64,000 nt of DNA from Chthoniobacterales bacterium (GTDB lineage Bacteria; Verrucomicrobiota; Verrucomicrobiia; Chthoniobacterales; Chthoniobacteraceae). Of the stretch, positions 63,600 through 64,000 are shown one piece after another. The notes under the pieces were generated by a model. It saw only the letters and a list, made by a program, of their open reading frames with translations, did not search any database and was not told the origin of the DNA. Each line of letters begins with the position of its first letter. Position 1 is the first letter of the stretch. The stretch lies in assembly GCA_038207335.1 (NCBI GenBank), contig JBBQZX010000003.1, forward strand, positions 32,001-96,000, in the 5' to 3' direction. Position numbers and translations under genes: made by a program.

Positions 63600-64000
63600 A
63601 TGAACTCCCTCCGACTCGCCGCTCTCGCCGCCGCGCTGTGCCTAACTCGCTCCACTTTCGCCGAAGAACCCATGCTGCCCGGCATCGGCGCGGCGATGCA
63701 GGAGATGGTGTCGAAGAACGAGGTCACGGGCGCGGTGACGATGGTGGTGACGGAGGACAAGGTGCTGCATTTGCAATGCACGGGCTTTGCCGATTTGGCC
63801 TCGAAAGCGCCGATGACTCCGGGGACGATTTTCTGGATCGCGTCGATGTCGAAGCCGATCACGGCCACGGCGATCCTGATGCTGCAGGACGAGGGAAAGG
63901 TGAATGTGGCCGACCCGGTGGCAAAATATCTGCCGGAATTTGCGGCGCTGAAAACGCCCTCGGGCAAGCCCGCGAACCTGACGATCGCGCAGATGATGAC
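63600..64000 (+). CDS. Serine hydrolase (beta-lactamase family), 3'-truncated by the window edge
   Basis: Manual translation from ATG 63600: signal peptide, TIFWIASMSKP (SxxK), DPVAKYLPEF; absent from the ORF track because there is no stop. Confidence 0.88.
   Translation, partial: MNSLRLAALAAALCLTRSTFAEEPMLPGIGAAMQEMVSKNEVTGAVTMVVTEDKVLHLQCTGFADLASKAPMTPGTIFWIASMSKPITATAILMLQDEGKVNVADPVAKYLPEFAALKTPSGKPANLTIAQMM

Overview
GC-rich bacterial chromosomal segment, most likely Verrucomicrobiota (Chthoniobacterales-like). That is an inference from a PEP-CTERM protein, a DUF1080 protein, a DUF6600-like protein, lpxK and overall gene content. It holds about 57 protein genes and one tRNA-Tyr(GTA). 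Housekeeping genes include alaS, hisB/H/A, thrB, lpxK, tmk, miaE, ald, ygfZ, maf and two PPIases. Signalling genes include two hybrid kinases, a CheB-CheR-kinase fusion and two kinase-like fragments lacking an ATPase domain. Also present are pilT/pilU, a split larC, a UbiA-UbiD pair and a GNAT / circularly permuted ATP-grasp / alpha-E operon. I found no integrase, transposase, rRNA or CRISPR array. The most unusual observations are: (1) alaS carries two in-frame insertions, one built from a 21-bp tandem array and one an AT-richer cassette; (2) kilobase blocks of extreme G-versus-C strand skew flip inside genes regardless of gene orientation; (3) an uncharacterised terpenoid system (DxDD cyclase, QW-repeat partner, DCC protein and a Cys-rich DUF116-polyprenyl synthase fusion); (4) a Spinster-like MFS sits head-to-head with Aas; (5) several small non-coding repeat or hairpin elements. 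All family calls come from motif recognition by eye; no searches were run.
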